Of a stretch of DNA of 64,000 nt, positions 30,690-45,365 are shown piece after piece. Position 1 is the stretch's first letter; each line of letters begins with the position of its first letter. A program made the position numbers and the translations under genes. A model generated the notes under the pieces. The model saw nothing but the letters and a program-made list of their open reading frames with translations, had not been told where the DNA came from and did no database searches. Source of the stretch: the human T2T-CHM13v2.0 reference genome, Homo sapiens; NCBI RefSeq assembly GCF_009914755.1, contig NC_060942.1; one strand, 5' to 3'.

Positions 30690-30992
30690 TTACTTATTTA
30701 TTTATTCTGAGACAGAGTCTCGCTCTGTTGCCCAGGCTGGAGTGCAGTGGCGCACGATCTTGGCTCACTACAACCTCCACCACCTGGGTTCAAGCGATTC
30801 TCCTGCCTCAGCCTCCTGAGTAGCTGGGATTACAGGTGTGTGCCACTATGCCTGGCTAATTTTTGTATTTTTAGTAGAGATGGGGTTTCACCATATTGGT
30901 CAGGCTGGTCTTGAACTCCTGACCTCGAGTGATCGACCCGCTTTGGCCTCCCAAAATGCTAGGATTACAGGTGTGAGCCACCGCATCTAGCC
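30690..30992 (-). mobile_element. AluSz/Sx
   Basis: Full-length, TSD tttgatg..tattt. Confidence 0.93.
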
Positions 30993-31748
30993 TTTGATGG
31001 CTATTTTTAGTGGAATATTTACCATTTTATTTTCTACTGCTTATTGTTGGTATTCTAGAAAGCCATTAATTCTTGCATAGTAATGTTATTATTGATACCA
31101 TTCTTTAATAATATTTATATGATAAATCCTAAACTGTTAGTTAATGTTTTAAATTGGTAGTGTACTTAGGATCCTTCTCTGCATGGATTGCTTTTGTACT
31201 TACTAAATATATATATTTAACAGAAAGAACATTTGCTTTAAAAGATTAAATTGTTGTTGCACATTATCCATATGTAGGGAGTAGCAGCATTTATCTTAGA
31301 GGCAGATGGTTTGTTTTTTTCTTTAGGCAAAATCTTAGTGGATCTTTTGGTTATGGAAGTCTTAGACTGGTGAAGATTGAAAAAAGGAAAATGAAGCCAT
31401 TCTCTCTAATAAAGTAATACCATGAACATTCTCAAATTCCTTTGCTACATAAAGAGGGATGGGATGGGAAACCCCAAGGTTGAGAAAAGAAAAACCATGG
31501 GGAGAAACGGCCCCAGTGGGGAGCAGAGTCCCATGCAAATATGGCTGCTAAGAAATTCCCTTTAAGGGAATGTCTGAGTGACAGTGATACCTAGTATTAA
31601 ATTGTAAGTTGATTTCTGTTCTGTGCTCTGTTGTGATCTGTTCTAAAATGAAATACATTAATAGAAAATTTGAGGTATAGTAAGGCCAACAGTTCAGGAA
31701 ATGATTGCCGCTGAAAGATAAATTACTCACAGTTTCCAAGAGGAACTC

Positions 31749-32272
31749 TACAAATTCCACGCATTAAGTACATTTACAATGTTGCACAACCATTATTACT
31801 ATCTTTATGAATTTGCCTATTCTTGATACTTAATATAAGTAGAATAATAAAATATTCGTCTTTCTATGTCTGGCTTATTTAACTTAGCATAACAGTTTCA
31901 AGGTTTCAAGGGTTGACAGCATGTATCAAAATTTCATTTCATTTTTTTTTTTCTTTGAGACGAAGTCTCGCTCTTGTCCTCCAGGCTAGAGTGCAATGGC
32001 GTGATCTCGGCTCACTGCAACCTCTGCCTCCTGGGTTCAAGATTCTCCTGTCTCAGCCTCCCGAGTAGCTGGGATTACAGGCACCTGCTACCATTCCCAG
32101 CTAATTTTTGTATTTTTAGTAGAGGCGGGGTTTCACCATGTTGACCAGGCTGGTCTCGAACTCCTGACCTCAGGTGATCCACCCGTCTAGGCCTCCCAAA
32201 GTGCTGGGATTACAGGCGTGAGCCACCGAGCCTGGCCAAAATTTCATTTCTTTACTAATGTTATTATTATTA
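31749..32272. repeat. Local direct copy of 29763-30085 (110-bp deletion, later Alu insertion)
   Basis: Shares private tttcaaggtttcaagggttga; about 7 differences over ~135 bp. Confidence 0.88.
31943..32237 (-). mobile_element. AluSq-type
   Basis: TSD aaaatttcatttc. Confidence 0.94.
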
Positions 32273-32286
32273 GTAGTAGTAGTCAA

Positions 32287-32628
<342 letters not shown>

Positions 32629-32878
32629 CTATTCTGAGTTCTGTGAATTGTCCTATTAAATTATCAAATCTGAGGCAGATAATAAGAACCTCCAGGTTTT
32701 TAACCAGTTGGACAGAAGCATGGGTGGCTTTGGGACTCTGGAGCTGGTGGCTGGTGCCTAAGTGGGGAGGTTCTTATGGAGGACTGTGTTCTCAGCCTGT
32801 GGGGTCTGCGTGATCTCCAGGTAGTTAGCACTGCAATTGTGCTGTAGAAGGAGTTCAGATGGATGAAGAAAAACTTCT

Positions 32879-33172
32879 CGGCTGGGTGCAGTGACTTGTG
32901 TCTGTAATCCCAGCTCTTTGGGAGGCTGAGGCAGGTGGATAACTTGAGGCCACGAGTTCTAGACCAGCCTGGCCAACATAGTGAGACCCCTGTCTTTACA
33001 AAAAATAAAATATTAGCTGAGTGCAGTGGTGTGCACCTGTGGCCCCAGCTACTTGAGAGGCTGAGGAAAGAGGATCATTTGAGCCCAGGAAGTTGAGGCT
33101 ACAGTGAGCTATGATCATACTGCCGCTGCACTCTAGCCTGAGTGACAAAGTGAGACTGGTCTCAAAAAAAAA
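32879..33172 (+). mobile_element. AluJ
   Basis: gaggatcatttgagcccagg. Confidence 0.92.
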
Positions 33173-33199
33173 TTTTGTTTAGTATGCTTGGGTAATGGG

Positions 33200-33558
33200 T
33201 GATATGTTTTGGCTGTGTCCCCATCCAAATCTCATTTTGAATTGTAGCTCCCCATAATTCCCACATGTTATGGTAGGAACCCGGTGAAGATAATTGAATC
33301 ATGGGGGCAGCTTCCCCCATCCTGTTCTCGCGGAAGTAAGTCTCACGAGATCTGATGGCTTCATAAGGGGAAACCCCTTTCACTTGGCTCTCATTTCTTT
33401 CTTGTCTGCCACCATGTAAGACATGCCCTTCACCTCCCGCCATGATTGTGAGGCCTCCCCAGCCACATGGAACTGTGAGTCCATTAAACCTCTTTTTCTT
33501 TACAAATTACTCAGTCTCAGGTATGTCTTTATCGGCAGTGTGAAAATGGACTGATACA
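33200..33558 (+). mobile_element. THE1C-type MaLR solo LTR
   Basis: TGATATG...ACTGATACA, TSD atggg/atgga. Confidence 0.92.
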
Positions 33559-34126
33559 ATGGATAAACACAAAGCATGAAAGAACCCCAGAAACCATGGA
33601 GAAAACAGAACCTCTGGAGATTGCCATGAGTGCTAAGCCAGCTCTAAACACATATATGAACTAAGTGAAGTTTGTCTTCAGTGCCATTTGGGGACCTGGC
33701 CTTCACTCAAACCATCATCCTCCCTCTGTTCAGTTTCCCAGTGCCATCAATCTACCCAGGCAGACCAGAGTCATCCACACAGTTGTCTTCCCAACTTCAG
33801 AACACATTTTTCCTATTGCCCCCCATCAGAAGTAGCTCTCAGTTATCATACTGGGAAGGTCTGATAAACTCACTCTCCCTAAGCTCTATTCACTGACGAG
33901 TGAAAAACATGATTCTTCCATGAGCGTTTCCCCAGTCCCTTTTATGAGAGTTGAGCTGTGATGGGGAGATTTCCTTTTCACCACCTGTTATCTTTTCTCA
34001 AATCCTACCATTAACCTAATTCCTAAGGGTTTGAAGATTTTTGGCTTTTAATGGACCTCTATTAAAATATATTTTACTACTCTACCAGCCAAAACCAGCT
34101 AGTTGAAGAGGTGGGAAAAGAATGGG

Positions 34127-34565
<439 letters not shown>

Positions 34566-35444
34566 TTACACATAACCATGTGGAAGGAAATCTGGAGAAA
34601 ATGATACAGGTAACTGTATGGCTGCCTCATCCACCTAGAGGAAGGTGGTCTTGGTCCAACTTCTAGAAACAGAAAAGCAATGGGAATAAGGCACAGTGGG
34701 AAAAGTGTGGGCTGGCTCTGGTCTCACCTTTGCCACTGGGCAGCCATATGAACTTGGTGCAGTTATTTAACCTTCCTGGGTCAGAATCTTCAAAGGTGAC
34801 ATATGGGGATCAGACTAGATGATTGTTTTATAGGGCACCTCTGGCTAGAAACCCACTTTCTGATAATCATGAATATGGTGAATGGGATTCACCCCTTCTT
34901 TGCAAGGATGGTACAATACTGTAGGTTCTGAGCTCCTCTGCCTGTGAAATCCCTCATTTCTTAAAAGATCCCATCTCTGTCTCCTGTTGCCAGCCACATC
35001 CTTTTCAAGGGCCACCATACTTAGCACATAGCATCTTTCTCTTTTACTTTGATAGTGATCATTTTTTCCTTAAACCTTTCAAATTGTTGTTTTTGGCTTT
35101 AAATTTAGGAGTATACCTTCCATGGGACTTTGGACCTAGGTCATCTCCCAGGGAGGGACACTGTGGGCAGCAGTGAATCCTGGAAGCAGGATCAGAAGCA
35201 AGACAGAAATAGCAGAGGTGAGTCTGGGGTTTAGCTTGAGAATAGATCAAGTGAAAAACTCCCCTTAGGGGTGAAGAGCAAGTACCGAATCAGGAGCAAG
35301 CATCGATTCAGAAATGCAGGCACAGACACAATATCCATAGATCAAGAAGCCTCTAAACCACAGAAGACTTCTCACATAATCCCAGATGCACCAGGACCCA
35401 GTGTTTGGCCTTTTCAGGGCATGGCCAAGCTAATGTTGAAAGGC

Positions 35445-35762
35445 TGCAGTGAGCTGGAGGCCATTATCCTAAGTGAATTAACGCAGGAACAGAAAACAAA
35501 ATACCGCATGTTCTCACTTACAAGTGAGATCTAAACATTGGGTACTCATGGACGTGCAGATGGCAACAGCAGACAGTGGGGACTACTAAAGCCGGGAGTG
35601 AGGAGGGGGGAAAGGAGTGAAAAATCAACTATTGGGTACTATGCTCCCTACCTGGGTGATGGCATCACTTGTATCCCAGACCTCAGCATCACACAGTATA
35701 CCCAAGCAACAACCTGCACGTGTACTGAATCTAAAAGTTGAAATTATAAATAAAATAAAATA
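35445..35762 (+). mobile_element. L1PB-type 3' end
   Basis: ggaggccattatcctaagtgaa...gcatgttctcactta...actattgggtactatgct. Confidence 0.88.
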
Positions 35763-35979
35763 TTCTAATTTCCAGACCAAAAAAAAATGTAAAAGAAAAG
35801 CTGCTGCAATGTAAGAGCTGACCACTCTGGGTAGATTCTGCTCTGCTGGTTGTGAAATAGAGTTATAAAGCAGACAAAATGTATGTGTGTTTGTGTGGAA
35901 AGAGGTAGGGAGTGCTGAGTGACTGGCCTAAGATGTCATCCCATTCTGAATACTTAAATATTAAAATGTCTTCAAAAGC

Positions 35980-36779
<800 letters not shown>

Positions 36780-38315
36780 TTTCCCCCCTTCTTTTTATAA
36801 GAGAACACTTAATCCTAAGGATTGCAGAGGGATGAAGATCCATCTTCTGTAACTTCTTAGGCTGAATAGGGGCAATGATATTCCTGCCTAACTATGAGGG
36901 TCTCTTGCATTCAGGGTAGAGAGGAGCTCAGTCAGGAAGCATCAGTATAGTAAGGTCCATTCATAAGTCTTGAGTTTCGACAAAAAGTGGTATCTGGAAG
37001 ATTATTAAGTGTTTAAGAAAACATTCAGTAAACTTGTCCTGTATTCCTACACAAAGAATATAACAGCAATATATTCCACAAGAGTAAAGCAAAATAAGTA
37101 AAGTGATTCCAAGTAAACTAAATTAGAAGGGTTTTCATGAACTGGGCCACTGTTGGAACTAAGCTGATATGGGGTTGCTAGATGATTCCACTGTGTGCCT
37201 AGGATTAGAATATTGATCCAGATTTTTGCATTACCAAACCTCTTGTTTCTTCTGAGTAGCAGTCAGAGATTACTGATTGGTTCACAAGAATAAGCAGGGT
37301 TAGCCTAAATTCCAGAAACAAACTTAAAAACAACTAATGAGACTAGAATTTAATACCAAGTGTACCACAGTTCTTGAAACATAATATTTCTCTCTCCAGT
37401 TTCCCATTTTTACTAAAGACAAATCATGGTAAGACTGATTTGCTTTATTATACTTGGCCTGATTATTTGCATAAAATGCAGCAGGAATAATTATTTTTCA
37501 CATAAGCTCTTTTAAAATTGGCTTTGATGGAACTCTGTTCCATAGAAGGAATTTTAGATAAGACTTTTTAAAAGCTGAACCCAGCCATAGGTTTGTACCC
37601 TCAAATACCTATGAGTTAGGTATTTCTTTCCTCTTGAGGTCCCAAGGTAAATTGGGGCTCCTGGACCTGTTAGAAAGTGACATTCTTTATTTACCACAGG
37701 TTAGAAACCTTGTACAAGGACTATTGTAGGCAAGGCATGAGGCCAGTTCCCCATGGGGCTTTTATTGGCTCTGTAAGTTTAATTCCTTAAAGGAAAACAC
37801 ACCATTCCAGTAAAATAACCAGTAAAATTCCTTGGTAAAATAACCAGTAAAATTCCTTGGTAAAATAACCAATTTCTCAAATTGTGTCCTGTTACAAAAG
37901 AAAACAGATTCTTATTGCACTTATGCAAATAACTATATTGCCATAAGTTAAGAATACTCACAACTAGTTTCCAAAGTCTGGAGAAATTAGGTAGAGAGAA
38001 AAAAATGTGCTCCAAATTTTGTTCACAGCAGTATAATTTACTTAATTGCAACAAGCTGTAAATAGCTCAAAAGAAAAGTTTCATTGACTCTGAAAAACAA
38101 AACAAAGGGTCAGCAGTGTTTAAAGCAAAGTTAAAAAGATTACTTCAGTTTTCTGCTGGTTCAGTTAATTCAGTTAACTCCTTTTCTGTTTGATATTCAT
38201 GAACATTCCAGGTCTTCATGAGAGTTCTGAAAGTTGTTTCCTCTATTCTAATGTTACAATTTCCAAAGTTATTAGAAACCTGCATTTAAGAACACCTGCT
38301 AGAGTTCTATAGTTG
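36780..38315 (-). mobile_element. MER41/MER4-group ERV1 internal sequence
   Basis: Polypurine tract aaaagaaggggggaaa abuts the LTR; MER4-group motifs (aaaacagattcttattgcacttatgcaaataac). Confidence 0.8.
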
Positions 38316-38464
38316 TTTATCATGATTTTCTTACCACTATTTAATTTACAAAGAAACTTAGCATTTATACTATAGTTTATGTTGGCATTGTGCCAACTGG
38401 GGCTTTCAAATTTTGCCTAATTGGGTTATGTATGGAACCAACATTCTTGGGGAAAACAAGAGTA

Positions 38465-38620
38465 ATTCATTTAACTCTCACAATAATCCCATGAGATAGG
38501 TATGGAGAATGAGGAAAATGAATTTCAAAGAGGTTAAGTAACTTGTCCAAGAGCAATTAGAGGGACCATAATGGAACTGGGATTCAAATATAAGCCTGTT
38601 AGACCACCTGAAACCCAAGA
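38465..38620 (-). mobile_element. MIR
   Basis: agaggttaagtaacttgtccaag, ctgggattcaaa. Confidence 0.75.
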
Positions 38621-39497
38621 AAATTTCTCCACTATATGTGCCATCATCAACGGGGAACAAAAATAGTTTCTCTGTTAGAACATTGTAGCTATTGTAGCAT
38701 GAAAGGACAAATCAAGGTTTTCTTCACTTTTATTTTCTGCCAAAACTCTCAGCTCATTACATCTGTGGAACTTTGTTTTTTCTAGTGAGGGGTGAAGCAG
38801 CCAAAATAAAAAACAATCGTTATGAAAAAATATCTTTAGAGTTTCCCTAAGGGAGAACATAGGTTAGAGAGAAAATCCTGTGACTGCTAAGAGCCAGGGG
38901 TCTGTGCATGCACCTGTCCCCCATCCAAAAGGATGATCTAATGGGAAAAGCACGTTTGTTCAGTGAGAGCAGAGAGTAGAGTTGAGAAGGGTCCCAGAGT
39001 TCTGCTTCCCCTCCCTGGGTTCTATATGTGTGTTTGTGCATGTGTGTAGCATAATAAATTCGACTCTAGGTAGGCTAGTGGTGTGTGAGTGCTTCCTTTC
39101 CCAAGTAAGGCTGGGGGACACCCAAGCTTTGCAGAGAAGCCCCCTCCCACCAAAGCTTGGCATGGCAGTGGCAAATGCCTGTGAGGGTGGTGGCCTAGGC
39201 AGGGTGCCTGGGTCTTGTTCCCCACACTGCCCACCACCAGTCATGGCGAGTGGGACAGGAGAGCACTGGAAAGTTTCTCGTGCTCTCAAGAGAGGCTCAA
39301 GATTGGCTGAGAGAAGCTGGATGGAGTAGAAGTGGCTGCCAATCACGATGAAGGGGAGCCGTCAGCAGATGCTGCATGGCCCATTTGAAAGAGAAACCAC
39401 AGCTGGCATAGATGCCCCTCACTAAAGACCCAGCAAGGTGAGTACTAGCTCTGTGGAGGCCCTGGAGGGTGGAGAGCCATCAAGAACCAGATGCCGC

Positions 39498-39850
39498 TGG
39501 CCCTGGGGGCTCATGCCTGCAATCCCAGTACTTTGGGAGGCAGAAGCGTTCGAGACTAGGGGCTCATTTGAGCCCAGAAATTTGAGACCAGCCTGGACAA
39601 CATAGTGAGACCCTGTCTCTTAAAAAAAAAAATTAGCCAGGTGTGGCGGCACATGCCTGTAGTCCAAGCTACTCAGGAGGCTGAAGCGGAAGAATCGCTT
39701 CAGCCTGGGAGGTCAAGGCTGCAGCGAGCTGTGATTGCATCATTGCCCTCCAGCCTGGGTGACAGAGCAGGACCGTCTCTCAAAAAAACCAAAAACCAAA
39801 AACCAAAAAACAAAAACCAAAAAACAAAAAACAAGAACAACAACAAAAAA
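39498..39850 (+). mobile_element. AluJ with long (AAAAC)n tail
   Basis: Both arms; short insert in left arm. Confidence 0.9.
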
Positions 39851-40816
39851 CCCCAGTTGCTTCTCCCACTCAAATATAGGCACTTCCACAAGCTCTCTAA
39901 AACTCATACCTTTAGGTTAAAGTGGAACATAAGGTCCTTGGATTTTCCTGGGAAAAAAATTCTGACTTAACTAATAACATCAATTTTTTGGTAATAATTG
40001 ATTTGACTGAGTTTACCTAGAAATTATTAGATTAAACTTTCGCTAATAGTAATGGAAGCTCAGGGAAACAATTAGATCCTGTTATAAGAAAATAAAAATA
40101 CAGTTTTACTCACTTTAGTCCTTGACTATAAAAACCCATTCCCCTGTATATAATAACGCAAAACACATCCCAATATGTTCTGCCTGCCTCCGTGTTTTCC
40201 CACAGTTTTCCATTGGTTTCTTTCTTATTTCCTCCCACACAGGCTGAATTGCTAGGCTGTCCCTGTCAGCTTTCTTGGATTTAAAGGTCAGGAGCTCCAG
40301 GGGATCTCGAAGGTGTCAGATTGTTAGTTATTATTGTAATAACTGTTCAGTTAACTAAAAGCTTTATGAATTTGCATATTGAAAAGTTTCAGATGGTTGC
40401 TATTTATTTTAGCTTGCTCCTTTTGCAATAAAAGCTTTCTATTTAATTATTAATTTGGCTGTTATTCCTGGCAATTCTTGGCTATAAATAAATGTTTTCA
40501 AAACACTATCCAAAAACCACTAAGGGTTTTTTCCTAGTGGTAGAGCTGTTCTATTTGAGATTCGGATGCTGTAAGTAGTGTTTAACAATGAATAAATACT
40601 ACTGATATAAATTAAATTTAAATAATAGTTTCTTCATGATTTTGGGAGGGCTGGGAGCATTGTGTATATAATAGTTTAATATAATAATAATATTATAATA
40701 ATAGTTTCTTCATGATTTTGGAAGTGACTGCATTGATAGTTTAGACAAAACTTGTGATGTCTTAACTGTAATTGGAGGACCAAAAGAATTCTGTTATTTA
40801 AATAACTGTTGGAGAT

Positions 40817-41288
40817 TGTAATGACTGGTTTTATGTGTCAATTTGGATAGGCTATAGTGCCTAATTGTTCAATCAAACACTAATCTAAGTGTTGCTGTGA
40901 AGGTATTTTGTAAATATGGTTAACAGCTACAATTAATTGAGTTTAAGTAAAGGAGACTATTCTTGTGTGTGGGCCTCATTCGATCTGTTGAAAGCCGAAG
41001 AGCAAAGTCAAGGTTTCTCTGAGAAAGAAGAAATCCTGCCTCAAGGCTGTGGCATTAGCTCCTCCCTCATCGTCTGCAGCCTGCTAGCCTGCCCTATGGA
41101 TTTCGAACTTGCCAGCCTCCACACTCTTGTAAGCCCATTCCTGGAAACCTCTCTCTATCAATCCTGTCTCTGTGTATCTGTCTCTCTCTGTGTGTACGTG
41201 TGTATGCATGCATGTATGTACTCATCCATTCTATTTATCTCTCTCCTACTGGTTCTGTTTCCCTGGAGAACTTTGCTGGATTAATGTA
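40817..41288 (+). mobile_element. MLT2D-type 5' LTR of ERV-L provirus
   Basis: ttttatgtgtcaatttggataggctatagt...ggttctgtttccctggagaac; followed by degenerate PBS/leader. Confidence 0.85.
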
Positions 41289-41405
41289 GAGTTTTGTGCT
41301 AAGAATGGCTCTAGAGGAAAGCATTTTAAGGACGAGTTTTCTGGATTGGTATAGAATATGATTAGGTTTAAATCCAGTGATAAAAATGATACTGATAGTC
41401 TGTGA

Positions 41406-41850
<445 letters not shown>

Positions 41851-42294
41851 TATGATGGATAATTTTTGTGGGTCAACTTGACTGGGTCAGTGTCTAACCA
41901 TTGTTTCTGAGTGTGTCTGTGAGTGTTTCTGGATGAGATTAGCACTTGAATCAGTTAATCCAGCAAAGCAGATTACCCTCCTCAACGTTGGTGGTTATCA
42001 TCCAATCTGTTGAGGTTCTGAATAGAACAAAAGGCAGGGGAAGAGATAACTTATTCCTTCTTTGCTTCATTGCTGAGCTGGGACTTCAGTATTCTGTGCA
42101 CTTGGACTGGAATTTACAGCATCAGTTCCCCTGGATCTCAGGCCTTTGAACTCATATTAAACTATACCACTAACTTCTGGATCTCTAACTTGCAGACGGA
42201 AGATTATAGGACTTCTCAGCTTCCATAATTGCATGAGCCAATTCCTTATGGCAAATCTCTTTCTCTCTCTCTCTCTCTTTTTGTGTGTGTGTGT

Positions 42295-42962
<668 letters not shown>

Positions 42963-43651
42963 TGTATATATATATCCTATTGGCTCTGTCTGGAGAATGC
43001 TAATACAGGCTGCTTGCTCTTAATTGCACTGGAGAAAGTGGAGAAAGAAAAGGATGAGCTCAGGGCTTTAAATTCCCAGCTCAAATTCTGCATAAATGAC
43101 CTGAAAGTTTCTGTGTTCTGAAAGAAACCCATTTGTCCTGTAGGCTCAGACCTGAGATTTCTGAAAACCAAGCTCAGAGTATCATCCTGCAAGTGGCTAA
43201 ACTACAACACAAATTGAATTTCAAACCTTGCCAACTGTCTTCTGTTGAAGTGACTGCATTGATTGGGAAGAAATGGGATCCTGGAAATGGGAATGGAACA
43301 TATGGAGAGATTCCGATGAAGCTGGGGACACTGAACTTCTGCCTTCTTCTGAGCTTCATTTACCAATGTAAGCAGCCTCCCACCCCTGTCAGAGGAGGCT
43401 GGCCCTGCTTTGCCTGCAGAAACTGTAATGGCCTCCCTTGAGGTTGTTGTTTTGCAAGACACTGCTGATTCTTCTGCATTGTTTTTTGCAATTTATACAG
43501 ACAGAAATCAGGCGAATGCATTAGTGAAGGTATAGGATAATTGTGCAAGGAACAGAAAGTTGAATCAGGTCGAATTTATTGCCCTGGGCCCACTAGGTAG
43601 AGATTCTGAATTCAGTGTTGTAACTCAAGGAGTTAGAAAGAGCTCTAACAG

Positions 43652-43844
43652 TTTGAACTCATATTAAACTATACCACTAACTTCTGGATCTCTAACTTGC
43701 AGATGGAAGATTGTAGGACTTCTCAGCTTCCATAATTGCATGAGCCAATTCCTTATGGCAAATCTCTTTCTTTCTCTCTCTCTCTTTTTGTGTGTGTGTG
43801 TGATACTCCATACAATGATATTTTGGTCAATGATGGATTGCAAA
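43652..43844. repeat. 193-bp direct copy of 42145-42337
   Basis: 6 substitutions, identical microsatellite lengths. Confidence 0.95.
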
Positions 43845-43956
43845 GAGTTGGTGACCGAAACATGAACTGAAAGGTGAGCCTACCCTAAGTGAGGATGAAA
43901 TGGCAGAACTGGTACACCGTAGAGGAAGGCATCCAAGGCTTCAGGAGATTGGGATG

Positions 43957-44495
43957 TGTACTAGTTAGGGTTCTCCAGAGGGACAGGACTAATAGTGTCG
44001 ATGTATATATGAAAGGGAGTTTATTAAGGAATATTGACTCACAGATCATAAGGTTAAGTCCCACAATAGGCCATCTGCAAGCTGAGGAGAAGGAAACCAG
44101 TTTGAGTCCCAAAAGCTCAAAAGTAGGGAAGCCAACAGTGCAGCCTTCAGTCTGTGGCCGAAGGCCCGAGATACCCTGGCAAACCACTGGTGTAAACCCA
44201 AGAGTCCAAAAGCTGAAGAACTTGGAGTCTGATGTTTGAGGGCAGGAAGCATCCAGCACAGAAGAAAGATGGAGACTGGAGGACTCACCCAGTCTAGTCC
44301 TTTCATGTTCCTCTGCCTGCTTTTATCCCAGCAGCTGATTAGATGGTACCTACCCAGATTGAGGGTGACTCTGCTTCTCCTAGTCGCCTGACTCAAATGT
44401 TAATCTCCTTTGGTAACACCCTCACAGACACACCCAGGAACAATACTTTGCATCCTTCAATCCGATCAAGTTGACACTCAATATTAACCATCACA
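43957..44495 (-). mobile_element. MLT2A2-type (HERV-L) solo LTR nested in ERV-L gag
   Basis: tgtactagttagggttctc...caagttgacactcaatattaaccatcaca; TSD ggatg/ggata. Confidence 0.9.
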
Positions 44496-44639
44496 GGATA
44501 TTAGAGTGGATTTATCATGTAGGGCATGTTTGCCCTCCTTGTGGGGAGGGATTCCGAGGACACACCTTTCACTGTAATTGTGAGAAACAAATTTGTGAGG
44601 GGAACCCTAACAGCACTGAAGTATTCTGCTAGGTGACCC

Positions 44640-45365
<726 letters not shown>

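Noticed and set aside
39430-39446. Strong splice donor AAG/GTGAGT
   Set aside because: No convincing paired acceptor or coding frame; isolated donors are frequent
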